From contig JBAZWC010000001.1 of NCBI GenBank assembly GCA_041660565.1, positions 174,481 through 238,480 of the forward strand: a stretch of DNA of 64,000 nt, written 5' to 3'. Shown here piece after piece: positions 31,908-41,139 of this stretch (the stretch's first letter is position 1; every line of letters starts with the position of its first letter). The notes below the pieces were generated by a model, which had not been told where the DNA came from, did no database searches, and worked only from the letters and a program-made list of their open reading frames with translations. The translations under genes were made by a program, and so were the position numbers. This stretch comes from Patescibacteria group bacterium. Lineage in GTDB: Bacteria; Patescibacteriota; UBA1384; CAJBMM01.

Positions 31908-31945
31908 TCCCCTACTGTCCGGACTGGGTGGTGGGGGTTCTTTTT
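31908..31945 (+). terminator. Intrinsic terminator after RT
   Basis: G.U-rich stem CCCCTACTGTCC/GGGTGGTGGGGG plus TTCTTTTT. Confidence 0.7.
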
Positions 31946-31975
31946 ATATAGATTCCGGACTCGAGTCCAAATCTA

Positions 31976-32003
31976 GCGGGCGGACACATGGGTCCGCCCC
32001 TAC
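31976..32003. repeat. GTAG-type REP unit
   Basis: GGGCGGAC...GTCCGCCCCTAC; relatives at 49138-49194 and 63646-63699. Confidence 0.7.
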
Positions 32004-32026
32004 GGAGGTCGTGGCACGTGTCATAA

Positions 32027-33301
32027 TCAAGCAGATAGGCGTTCTTGCAGTACCGGTAAGAGCTCGTCGATGTAGATATTATCTTGCAAGCCCGAAACCA
32101 TATCTCGCATAATAATGTGGCCGTTGATTGCCTCTTTCTGCCCAATGATTAAAGTAATGCGGGCACGCAGTCTTTCAGCAATTTGCAGTTGCTGTGAAAT
32201 GCTATCGCTTTCGGTGGCGGTAGTGGCCGAAAAACCGGCATTGTACAATTGTTGTAACAGGGGGATTGATCTTGATTTGGCTTGCTCGCCAAGCTGGGCA
32301 ATAAACACCTGAATACCCTCGGTATCAGGTAAACTAGCGTGGGCATTTTCCAAAAACTGGCTGAATTGTTGCAGATTAAAACTAAGCCCAATGGCCGTTA
32401 GCGGTTGTTCGGCAAGTTGCGAGGCAAAGTTATCATAGTGAAATCCGATTACCGACGGCACCGCTTCATCCCCTACTTTTAAGCCAAAAATGGTTTGCTC
32501 CGCCTCTTCATCGGCAGTGTAAAGGTTCGGATTGACATCATAATTGATGCCCAGAATATCGCAGGTTTCCAGTACGCCGGTAAGCTGATTGTGGCAACTT
32601 AAGCACAAATTATCCAGTAATTGTGGCATTTTGACTAGCCATTCCGCTTTGCTGTCTAACTCGCAATTTGAGATATTTTGAACGGTTGGATTTTCTTTGC
32701 ATCTTGGGCACAGATCGCTGATGTGTGGGTGGACTTGCGATTTGAATAACAGATCAAAATTGGGCCGGCATTTGGCGCATCCGTTGCTGTGCAGCATAAT
32801 TACCGGTTTTTTGAGCTTTAGATCGCACGCCAGCTTTTGTAATAACATTAGGAGCGTGGCGTTGGTGGTAGCATCTTTGGCGCCGATGACATCAAAACAG
32901 TAATAATAATTTTCGACAAATGCGTCGTCTAGCTTTCGCATCGTATTTACTTGATAAGCCAGGTGGACCGGCGGCGGCCAGTGTAAAAAGCCGTTTTCTT
33001 TGTAGCTGCGCATTAAACTGACGCGTGGATGAGCGCGCAAAACATAATGTTCGTCGTTGCTGATCATCTGAGCATCAATAAGTTGATTTTGCCAGTCTTT
33101 GGAGAACGCTAGGTCGTACAATGATTTTGATTCGATTGGTGGGGTGATGACGCGGTGATAGCCAAACGACTGAGATAAATGATCAAGAATGGAGATACTT
33201 AGTTGCCAATAGCGCTGTGAATCCGGTAAAATATCGCTTAATCCTTTTGGATTACGGTACTTGAACGGTGGTTCGACTATTTCATTACTATTTATACGCA
33301 T
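32027..33301 (-). CDS. Degenerate histidyl-tRNA synthetase-like protein with anticodon-binding domain
   Basis: PKGLSDILP, TPPIE, C-terminal QLQIAERLRARITLIIGQKE; class II motifs 2 and 3 eroded. Confidence 0.8.
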   Translation of the reverse strand: MRINSNEIVEPPFKYRNPKGLSDILPDSQRYWQLSISILDHLSQSFGYHRVITPPIESKSLYDLAFSKDWQNQLIDAQMISNDEHYVLRAHPRVSLMRSYKENGFLHWPPPVHLAYQVNTMRKLDDAFVENYYYCFDVIGAKDATTNATLLMLLQKLACDLKLKKPVIMLHSNGCAKCRPNFDLLFKSQVHPHISDLCPRCKENPTVQNISNCELDSKAEWLVKMPQLLDNLCLSCHNQLTGVLETCDILGINYDVNPNLYTADEEAEQTIFGLKVGDEAVPSVIGFHYDNFASQLAEQPLTAIGLSFNLQQFSQFLENAHASLPDTEGIQVFIAQLGEQAKSRSIPLLQQLYNAGFSATTATESDSISQQLQIAERLRARITLIIGQKEAINGHIIMRDMVSGLQDNIYIDELLPVLQERLSA

Positions 33302-33441
33302 TGCCCCTCGATGTATTCAGTTACTAACTGAGCCAAAGTGTAGCAGTTAGCATTTTTTTGTCAAGAGGAGGGGGTGTTGCGCGCAAAATTGTATCGTCAG
33401 CGCCCTTTGCGCGAAACGTTTTTGCGGCTTATAAAAAAATA

Positions 33442-33470
33442 TTGACATAAATATATTATCGGGGTAGAAT
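33442..33470 (+). promoter_or_regulatory. sigma70 promoter TTGACA-17-TAGAAT
   Basis: Direct sequence match upstream of GC-rich cassette. Confidence 0.7.
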
Positions 33471-33511
33471 GTTCTTGCGTTATCACACGCTGGGGGGAGG
33501 ATATAACGGAA

Positions 33512-33949
33512 ATGAGGTTTCAGGAAACGGTCAAAATGCCGGTTCCAGAAGCGGTGACTATCCCACCGGTTTCCGGGTGGGCTGACATCGTACAGCACAG
33601 TGATAAGAGCATATGTCGCTTGTACCTGGCGGTGACTAGTGCTTCTGATGAGCCGGCAATGTGCGGCAAGGACGTTCTGTACAGGATGAGTCTCAATTGT
33701 AAGACGAGCCACTGTGCGGGCTCGGCGCATGCCGCCTGGCTTCTGGAATGCCCAGAGTCCCGGATTCCGGTTGAATGGCAGCAGGCTAAGCATCTCTTCT
33801 TCCTGAGGGAGGTGTGGGGAGATGAGCAGGGTTACTTGCATGTGTTGGTTGCCCAGCCTGAAGAAGCCGGGAAGTGGACCTTCGGCTATCTAGCCGACTT
33901 CGGCGCCGCCTTGATGGGTCCGCGCGATTGGGTGGTGATGATCGATTGA
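33512..33949 (+). CDS. Hypothetical protein (GC-rich cassette)
   Basis: SD GGGGAGGA; own promoter and terminator. Confidence 0.7.
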   Translation: MRFQETVKMPVPEAVTIPPVSGWADIVQHSDKSICRLYLAVTSASDEPAMCGKDVLYRMSLNCKTSHCAGSAHAAWLLECPESRIPVEWQQAKHLFFLREVWGDEQGYLHVLVAQPEEAGKWTFGYLADFGAALMGPRDWVVMID

Positions 33950-33960
33950 CGCCGCCCCTA

Positions 33961-34003
33961 TCCCCCGTTCCGAGGACAACTTGGATCGGGGGAAACTATT
34001 TTT
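33961..34003 (+). terminator. Intrinsic terminator
   Basis: TCCCCG.TCC/GGATCGGGGG stem plus T-tract. Confidence 0.6.
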
Positions 34004-34022
34004 CAATGAATGAATATAAATA

Positions 34023-36500
34023 TTATATGACCATTTCTAGTTCGTCTGAAGTGCGACGAATTAGGACGGTTTTGTTTGGGTTAATTTTTCCCATCAACAC
34101 ACCATCGGCAATTTTATCTTCAATTAAAGTTTGAATAGCGCGGCGAATTGGGCGCGCCCCGTTTTTGGGCTCAAAACCTTTTTCGGCCAGATATTTTCGG
34201 GCGGTTAGGTCAATTTGTAGCTTAATCCCCTTCTCATTCAATCTGGTTAAAAGTTGATTAACTTGGATATCTACAATTTGGCGGATATTTTCCGGCGTTA
34301 AGGGCTTAAAAACAATTGCTTGATCTATTCGGTTTAATAGTTCGGGTTTCATTAGTACCTTAAGTTCTTTGAGCAATTTATCCTTAAGTTGATCATAAGA
34401 TTGGCTGGAGTTTGCGGAATTAAAACCAATTTCGGCATGATGCGTTAGTTCGTCTAGTCCGATGTTGCTGGTCATAATAATAATCGCATGACGAAAATCA
34501 ATCTTGCGCCCCTTGGTATCGGTGATAAACCCATCCTCTAAAATTTGTAATAGAATGTTAAAGGTATCTGGGTGGGCTTTTTCAATTTCATCCAGTAAAA
34601 CCACGCTATATGGATGTCGTCGAATAATTTCGGTTAGTTTGCCGCCTTCTTCGTAACCAATATATCCGGCGGGTGCCCCAATCAACCTAGAAACATTATG
34701 CTTTTCCATAAATTCGGACATATCAATTTTAACTAACGCGTCATCTTTGCCATAAACGCGTCTAGCAATCACCCGCGCCAGCTCTGTCTTGCCCACCCCG
34801 CTTGGCCCAAGAAAGATAAACGAACCAACCGGCCGGTTTGTCTGGCTAATGCCGGTACGCGAGCGCTTGATGGCATTTGAGACGGCAGAAATGGCTTCGG
34901 TTTGCCCGATTATCTCTTTGGCAATAATGGTCTCAATATTTTTGATTTGATTTAATTCGGTTTTGGCTAAAGTTGAGGTGGGGGTGTCGGTGATTTGCGC
35001 CACAGTTTTTTCGATGTCAGAAACGCTTACTAGCGGTTGTCTTGCACTGCTAACTCGATTGTAATTTTTTATCTGATTGTCTATTTTGACAATCTGTTTT
35101 TGTAACTGGTCTGCCACATCGTATCGCTCTTCAAATACGGCGCGATCTTTCTCTTCGGACAACTGATCTTTTTGTTTAATTAAGTTGATCACGCTGGTTT
35201 TTTGGCGCTGATGCATCCGCACGTCGGCTGCGCTTTCATCTAACAAGTCGATCGCCTTGTCTGGCAAAAATCGCCCCGTAATGTACCGAGTGGACAGATT
35301 AACCGCTGCTTCAATGGCTTCGTCGGTAATAGTGACTTGATGATGTTTTTCGTAATTTGCTTTAAGCCCGTGCAAAATTTTGATAGTATCTTTGGGCGTT
35401 GGCTCGGCCACGATAATCGTTTGAAACCGACGCGTTAGTGCCGCATCTTTTTCGATGTGTTTTTGAAATTCATCCAATGTGGTGGCGCCAATCAACCGAA
35501 TTTGACCTTTGGCCAGTGCCGGTTTCAATATCTGTGAAGCGTCTAGCGAGCCTTCGGCGCTACCGGCGCCAATAATGGTGTGTAGCTCGTCGATAAAAAT
35601 GATGCAGTCATTTAATTTGGTAATAGAGTTGATGAATTTTTTGATTCGTTCTTCAAATTGGCCGCGATACATCGTACCCGCCACCATTAGCGATAAATCT
35701 AAATTAAGTACTCTAAAGCCATTGAGGGCGGACGGCACATCGCCATTCGCGATTCGCTGTGCCAATCCCTCTACAATAGCGGTTTTCCCCACCCCGGGTT
35801 CGCCAATAAGCACCGGATTGTTTTTGGTGCGGCGGGATAATATTTTAATTACTCGGTCAATTTCAATTTCGCGGCCGATAACCGGGTCTAGCTCGCCTTT
35901 TCTAGCTTGATCTGTAAGGTCGGTGGCGTAAAGTGCGGCCGGGCTGTTAGCAGATTTCCGGGTTTTGGCGCTAACCGGATCGTCGGGCTGGTTTTGATTA
36001 AATTCAAAATCGTTATCCATATCAAAATTGATGCGGTTTACTCGATCTAATTCCTCAAACAGATTATTGATGTTGGTGGTAATGTTGTCTGGGTTGCCAG
36101 CGCACTCTGAGACTAGCTTATATGCCGAGTTTTCCTTAAACGATAACGTTGCTAACAACAGATGCTCGGTGTCTAGGCCAACATGCCCAAGGGTGGCGGT
36201 TAACTGCATCGCTTTTTCCAAAACGTTAATCAGATCTTTGGTGACCATCGACTTTGGGTCGCTTTGCTCCGCTAAATCATTTTTATGCGCGTTTAGGTAC
36301 TCATCGGCCTTGGTTAGGGTTAAGCCGTTATTGATTAAGACACCGTGTGCCAATGAATCCGGCAATATAAGCAGCGCAAGAATAATATGATATGTGGCTA
36401 AAGGCACATTATTTGCCATAGCGATTTCTTGCGCTTTGATTAACACATCGCGGGTGCTGGGGCTAAATTTTGAAAATTGATCTTCTTGCATATTTGCCAA
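34023..36500 (-). CDS. clpC: ATP-dependent Clp protease ATP-binding subunit ClpC
   Basis: Clp N repeats, GEPGVGKT, UVR-like linker, GPSGVGKT, IGF loop. Confidence 0.92.
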   Translation of the reverse strand: MANMQEDQFSKFSPSTRDVLIKAQEIAMANNVPLATYHIILALLILPDSLAHGVLINNGLTLTKADEYLNAHKNDLAEQSDPKSMVTKDLINVLEKAMQLTATLGHVGLDTEHLLLATLSFKENSAYKLVSECAGNPDNITTNINNLFEELDRVNRINFDMDNDFEFNQNQPDDPVSAKTRKSANSPAALYATDLTDQARKGELDPVIGREIEIDRVIKILSRRTKNNPVLIGEPGVGKTAIVEGLAQRIANGDVPSALNGFRVLNLDLSLMVAGTMYRGQFEERIKKFINSITKLNDCIIFIDELHTIIGAGSAEGSLDASQILKPALAKGQIRLIGATTLDEFQKHIEKDAALTRRFQTIIVAEPTPKDTIKILHGLKANYEKHHQVTITDEAIEAAVNLSTRYITGRFLPDKAIDLLDESAADVRMHQRQKTSVINLIKQKDQLSEEKDRAVFEERYDVADQLQKQIVKIDNQIKNYNRVSSARQPLVSVSDIEKTVAQITDTPTSTLAKTELNQIKNIETIIAKEIIGQTEAISAVSNAIKRSRTGISQTNRPVGSFIFLGPSGVGKTELARVIARRVYGKDDALVKIDMSEFMEKHNVSRLIGAPAGYIGYEEGGKLTEIIRRHPYSVVLLDEIEKAHPDTFNILLQILEDGFITDTKGRKIDFRHAIIIMTSNIGLDELTHHAEIGFNSANSSQSYDQLKDKLLKELKVLMKPELLNRIDQAIVFKPLTPENIRQIVDIQVNQLLTRLNEKGIKLQIDLTARKYLAEKGFEPKNGARPIRRAIQTLIEDKIADGVLMGKINPNKTVLIRRTSDELEMVI

Positions 36501-36566
36501 TTTTAAATTTTAAATTATTAATTTTAAGTGAATAAGACCAAATTTTAAATGGTTAACTATCAGATA

Positions 36567-36723
36567 CTGTCATTTCGACTCCTCGACATTCCAGTCGAGG
36601 GTGGAGAAATCTCTAAATAAAACCGGAAGGAATTCTTTCTCAGATTTCTCTCTCCGAGCCGTAGGTCTACGAGCCGGAGGCCAACATATTCGAATTGACA
36701 TTCTCATTGGGTCGAAATGACAG
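36567..36723. repeat. REP/MITE-like element family 2 (CTGTCATTTCGAC termini) with nested insert
   Basis: 13-bp TIR; aligns to 39467-39588. Confidence 0.75.
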
Positions 36724-36734
36724 CTAGAACGAAT

Positions 36735-37907
36735 CTATTTAGACTTAGGTTTAGTTTTCGACGCTGGCTTTTTAACCTTAGCTTCTTTAGCAGGTTTTTC
36801 TGCTTTGGTTGTTTTTTTGGCAGATTTCTTAGGTGCTTCCTCAGCCACGGCTTCAACAACCGGCTCATCACCTTCTTTGTTAATGTCTAAATTCCATCCG
36901 GTCAGTTTACTGGCCAAACGAACGTTCTGACCATTGCGACCAATGGCCAACGATAACTGATCCTCGGGCACAGTGACAATGGCACTGCGCTCATTCTCGT
37001 TCAGGGTTACTTTAATGACTTTGGCTGGTGACAATGCATTGGTAATAAATTGTATTGGATTTTCATCCCATAAAATAATATCGATTTTTTCTTCGCCAAG
37101 TTCCTCTAAAATTGCTTTGACGCGAATGCCGTGTTGGCCAACGCACGAACCAACCGGATCTAACCCCTCTTGCAAGGCGGTTACCGCCACTTTTGAGCGG
37201 GTTCCGGCTTCACGTGAGATAGATCGAATTTCTACCGTACCGGCGGCAATTTCGGGTACTTCTAATTCAAATAACTTGGCTACAATAGCGGCGTCGGCGC
37301 GAGAAACTGAAACCTGAGGCCCGCGCATTGTTTCTACCACTTCTTTTACAAAAACTTTCAAACGGTTGCCCACTTGATATCGCTCACCGCGAATTTGCTC
37401 AACCGGAAACATAATTCCGTTGATTTTGCCTAAGTTGATTACTACATTTTCACCCTCAATTTGCTGAACCGAACCGTTAAGTAGCATATGCTCTTTTTCT
37501 TTGAACTCTTGATACAGCAACTCGCGCTCTGCTTCGCGGATGCGCTGAATGATTACTTGTTTGGCGGTTTGAGCGGCAATACGACCAAAATCACTTTCGG
37601 TTGGTAGCGGGATGATTACCTCTTCGCCGACAACCGGTTTTTTGGTAAACAATTTTGCTTGTTCTACCGTCATTTCGGCTTCAAGCTCTTTGATTTCGTC
37701 ATCTGCAACAATGTTATAAACACGCTCGACTTTCATTTGGTCGGTTTCCGGGTCTAAATGAACACGAATAATTTGATCCGGGCGTCCAAAATCTTTACGA
37801 TAAGCGGCAGCTAAGGCGGCTTCGACAGTTTCTAGAATGATCTCTTTAGATAGCCCTTTTTCTTCGGCTATCTGGGCAATGGCGGAAACAATTGGATTTG
37901 TGGCCAT
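36735..37907 (-). CDS. nusA: Transcription termination factor NusA
   Basis: FGRIAAQTAKQVI, REAGTRSKVAV, AIGRNGQNVRLA. Confidence 0.97.
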   Translation of the reverse strand: MATNPIVSAIAQIAEEKGLSKEIILETVEAALAAAYRKDFGRPDQIIRVHLDPETDQMKVERVYNIVADDEIKELEAEMTVEQAKLFTKKPVVGEEVIIPLPTESDFGRIAAQTAKQVIIQRIREAERELLYQEFKEKEHMLLNGSVQQIEGENVVINLGKINGIMFPVEQIRGERYQVGNRLKVFVKEVVETMRGPQVSVSRADAAIVAKLFELEVPEIAAGTVEIRSISREAGTRSKVAVTALQEGLDPVGSCVGQHGIRVKAILEELGEEKIDIILWDENPIQFITNALSPAKVIKVTLNENERSAIVTVPEDQLSLAIGRNGQNVRLASKLTGWNLDINKEGDEPVVEAVAEEAPKKSAKKTTKAEKPAKEAKVKKPASKTKPKSK

Positions 37908-38044
37908 ATTTTTCTCCTCTTATATATGTATTATATCGCATATTAGCGTTTAAAAAAGCGGGCGATTGTCATCGTCCACTAACAGAAGTATATCAAAAGT
38001 ATCGACTCTTGTCAAACACTATCAGTTAAAGATGATGATATCTA

Positions 38045-38073
38045 TGGCAAATATTTGTAAATAGTGGTATAAT
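38045..38073 (+). promoter_or_regulatory. sigma70 promoter TGGCAA-17-(TG)TATAAT
   Basis: Direct sequence match. Confidence 0.65.
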
Positions 38074-38126
38074 CATAATGTTCAGCTTAGCTGAAAGTAC
38101 ACTTCACAGAAGGGGGAGCGAAAATC

Positions 38127-38663
38127 GTGGCGATTGATGTTGAGCTCAATCCGTTGCTTTCCGACCCGTGTTATCGCGGGCGCGCAATGCGAATGGCGCG
38201 TCGGATTACGGGTAATCCAGACGACGCTGAGGATGTTGCTCAATGCGTGATGCTCAGGGCGTGGCGGGCAAATCCGCAGAATCTAAGGAGTCCAGAAGCG
38301 TGGATGACGTGTATCACTCGTCGTGTGGCACTCGATCGTATTCGCGCCAACAACAATCGGCGCAAGTATCTAGGCATTGCGGTCAGCTTGGATGAGGTGT
38401 GGGAAGGTAACGACACCCTCGTACGCCAGTTAGCGGACTTCACTCAAGATCCGGCGCAGATAATCGAAGACCGCGTAATCGACGATCGCCTACACAATGC
38501 CTTATTGGTGGTGCCGCAGATGTTTCGCGCGCCATTCACTATGCACGTTGTCGGCGGAATGTCATACGACGACATCGCCCAAAAGCTGGGTATCCCGATT
38601 GGAACGGTCAAGTCTCGTATCAATCGGGCGCGGACGATCTTGCGCGGACAGCTCAGCGCTTAG
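38127..38663 (+). CDS. ECF-type sigma70 factor (GC-rich cassette)
   Basis: DAEDVAQ (region 2); GMSYDDIAQKLGIPIGTVKSRINRAR (region 4). Confidence 0.9.
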   Translation: MAIDVELNPLLSDPCYRGRAMRMARRITGNPDDAEDVAQCVMLRAWRANPQNLRSPEAWMTCITRRVALDRIRANNNRRKYLGIAVSLDEVWEGNDTLVRQLADFTQDPAQIIEDRVIDDRLHNALLVVPQMFRAPFTMHVVGGMSYDDIAQKLGIPIGTVKSRINRARTILRGQLSA

Positions 38664-38664
38664 T

Positions 38665-38702
38665 AGCCCTTTGCCGGAACATCGGCAAGGGGCTTCATTT
38701 TT
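38665..38702 (+). terminator. Intrinsic terminator
   Basis: AGCCCTTTGCCG/CGGCAAGGGGCT plus TCATTTTT. Confidence 0.75.
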
Positions 38703-38724
38703 GCAAATTTTCAACCTCGCAGAA

Positions 38725-39450
38725 CTATTTTTGATTTGTCAGGCGCATCCACAGAATCAAAATAAACATTTTTGGCAAAGCCAGTTGACGCTTAAAACGC
38801 TTTGGTTCGTGAACTAACCGCCACAACCACTCAAAACCGGCATTGCGCCAAGCTAGCGGCGGACGCTTTTTTACCCCGGCTAAATAATCAAACGTACCAC
38901 CAACACCCATCATTACCGGTACATTAAGCTCATTTTTATGTTGATGAATCCAGATGTCTTGTTTTGGGGCGCCCCAGGCAATCAGTAAAATGGACGGTTG
39001 ATGACGGAGGATGGTGGGGATAACCTCGGGATCGTCTGGTGAGCCTTCGTAAACCCCGGCAATTTTTAAGGTTGGATGTTCGGTGGTCCATAGATCGGCT
39101 ACTTTTTGTGCAACGCCGTTTCGGCCGCCCAGTAAAAAGATGGAAAATCCTTGCTCCGCTGCCATTTTAGCGATGAACTGGGTTAAATCGACACCAGTAA
39201 TGCGAGATGGAATCGGCTGATGTAGTAGTTTTGCCGCTAACACAATTCCCGCACCATCGGCTACGCTAATATCGGCCGAATTTAGAGTTGCCTTAAATAA
39301 TGGGTTGTGGCGCGCCTCCATCACAAATTCGGTGTTAACGGTGCAGATTTGATGTGGGGTTTTTGAGTCCACAAATCGGTGCACCTGCGCCAATATCTGG
39401 TCAAGCGTTAATAGGTCTATTTTAATGTCCAAAATGGAACATTTTATCAT
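38725..39450 (-). CDS. WecB/TagA/CpsF family glycosyltransferase
   Basis: TVNTE, ADGAG, RITGVDL, GAPKQD, GVGGTFD, EWLWRL. Confidence 0.92.
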   Translation of the reverse strand: MIKCSILDIKIDLLTLDQILAQVHRFVDSKTPHQICTVNTEFVMEARHNPLFKATLNSADISVADGAGIVLAAKLLHQPIPSRITGVDLTQFIAKMAAEQGFSIFLLGGRNGVAQKVADLWTTEHPTLKIAGVYEGSPDDPEVIPTILRHQPSILLIAWGAPKQDIWIHQHKNELNVPVMMGVGGTFDYLAGVKKRPPLAWRNAGFEWLWRLVHEPKRFKRQLALPKMFILILWMRLTNQK

Positions 39451-39466
39451 ATCTGACTCGACGACT

Positions 39467-39588
39467 TGTCATCTCGACTCCTCGAGCATTGTCGAGAGGG
39501 TGGAGAGATCTCAAAAAAACTGGATGGAATTCTTTCTCAGATTTCTCCGACGCGGTCGATCTGCGGATCTCCCCGGGTCGAAATGACA
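39467..39588. repeat. REP/MITE-like element family 2, copy 2
   Basis: TGTCATCTCGAC...GTCGAAATGACA; shares GGAATTCTTTCTCAGATTTCTC with the 36567 copy. Confidence 0.75.
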
Positions 39589-39594
39589 GTTATA

Positions 39595-40686
39595 TTATTT
39601 TTCTTCCACAATTCTTCGAATATTATTATTAAACTCGTCCAAAGAGAATTTTTCGGCGTGACTTTTGATTGCCTTGGGGTTTAGTTTAGATTCGATTTTA
39701 TCCAACTGTTTAATGCCATCAATCATTCCCGCTGTACTTTGATCTTGGAATAAGATGCCAGTTTGGTTGTGTACTACGGTTTCGGTGGCTCCGCCTTTAT
39801 CAAATGCTACTACCGGACGGCCGGCGGCCATGCCTTCCACCGGCACCAAGCCAAAATCATCAATTCCCGGCCACAGTATGGCACGGCAGTGTTCAACTTG
39901 ATTTATCACTTCCTCGTCAGTCATGAATCCCATAAATTTAATTGTTGGTCCAGCCATCTGTTGCAAGCGTTCCTTGTCTTCGCCGCTGCCGATAATATGT
40001 AGCGGGCGTTTTAGCTCGTTGCAGGCTTGAATTGCCAGCTCTACCCGTTTTGGCGGGGTTAGGCGACAAATTGTCAGATAATAATCATCAACTTTTTCGG
40101 CAATTTTGTATTTATCAACTTCCACTCCGGGATAAATTACCTTACTGTCTCGTCGATAAAATTTGGTTACGCGATCTTTGACCGTGCCACTGTTGGCGTA
40201 AAGCTCATCTCCACGCTGCGCCGCCAAAAAATCCCATTGACGCAAATTGTGCAAAAATCGCTGAGCTACTGCGCCTTTTACCCCTTTGTCCCATCCTTTT
40301 TCTTTTAGGTATTGGTAATGGTAATCCCACAAAAAGCGCGTTGGAGTATGGTAATAGCTAATATGGCGGGTTCCCGGCTGAGTGATAACGCCGTGAGCAA
40401 AGGCACTGGAAAATGATAAAACCGTATCGAACTCAGATAAGTCAAACGATTCGATGGCCATGGGGTAAAGTGGCATTGCCATGGTGTGTCCGCGACGATT
40501 AAGCATGGAGTGCTTATCGATGAATGAAGATCGCACATCGCAATCATCAAAACGATGCCCGATTTTTTCGGGGTCGTATCTTAACGTAAAAATTGGGGCA
40601 TCTGGAAATAGATCGTGTACCTGGTGCGTTACTTTTTCAGCTCCGCCATAGGTCATCAAAAAATCGTGAATAATTGCTAGTTTCAT
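39595..40686 (-). CDS. Glycosyltransferase family 4
   Basis: HDFL..YGGAEKV, HTPTR, DDFGLVPVEGMAAG. Confidence 0.9.
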   Translation of the reverse strand: MKLAIIHDFLMTYGGAEKVTHQVHDLFPDAPIFTLRYDPEKIGHRFDDCDVRSSFIDKHSMLNRRGHTMAMPLYPMAIESFDLSEFDTVLSFSSAFAHGVITQPGTRHISYYHTPTRFLWDYHYQYLKEKGWDKGVKGAVAQRFLHNLRQWDFLAAQRGDELYANSGTVKDRVTKFYRRDSKVIYPGVEVDKYKIAEKVDDYYLTICRLTPPKRVELAIQACNELKRPLHIIGSGEDKERLQQMAGPTIKFMGFMTDEEVINQVEHCRAILWPGIDDFGLVPVEGMAAGRPVVAFDKGGATETVVHNQTGILFQDQSTAGMIDGIKQLDKIESKLNPKAIKSHAEKFSLDEFNNNIRRIVEEK

Positions 40687-40748
40687 AGTTTTATCTTAGC
40701 ACAACTGTCTTAATAGATCGAGATACACTTTTTATATGTCGTCCTCGT

Positions 40749-41128
40749 TGTCATTCCCGCGAAGGCGGGAATCCAGTCTATAAAAAAATGTATAATTATG
40801 GTATGGATAAATATTATTACGTATATATTCTCGCAAGTGATCGGAATGGCACTCTGTATATTGGAGTTACATCAGATTTAGTTGGCAGGATTTATCAACA
40901 TAAAAAAGACTGCGACGAAAAAGGATTCACCGCACAATATCAGGTTCACCGTTTGGTATATTATGAAATGACTAAGGACGTAAACAGCGCCATCACTAGA
41001 GAGAAACAGATTAAAAAATGGAACAGATCATGGAAAAAACGTTTAATTGAAACTAAAAATCCGGAGTGGAAAGACCTATACGAGGAAATTCATTCATAGA
41101 CTGGATTCCCGCCTTCGCGGGAATGACA
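40749..41128. mobile_element. REP-TIR-bounded GIY-YIG element 2
   Basis: Perfect 33-bp inverted repeats 40749-40781 / 41096-41128. Confidence 0.7.
40803..41099 (+). CDS. GIY-YIG nuclease family protein
   Basis: YVYILAS.RNGTLYIGVT; paralog of 28657; ATG 40803 follows TATAAT. Confidence 0.92.
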   Translation: MDKYYYVYILASDRNGTLYIGVTSDLVGRIYQHKKDCDEKGFTAQYQVHRLVYYEMTKDVNSAITREKQIKKWNRSWKKRLIETKNPEWKDLYEEIHS

Positions 41129-41139
41129 CCCGATTATGT

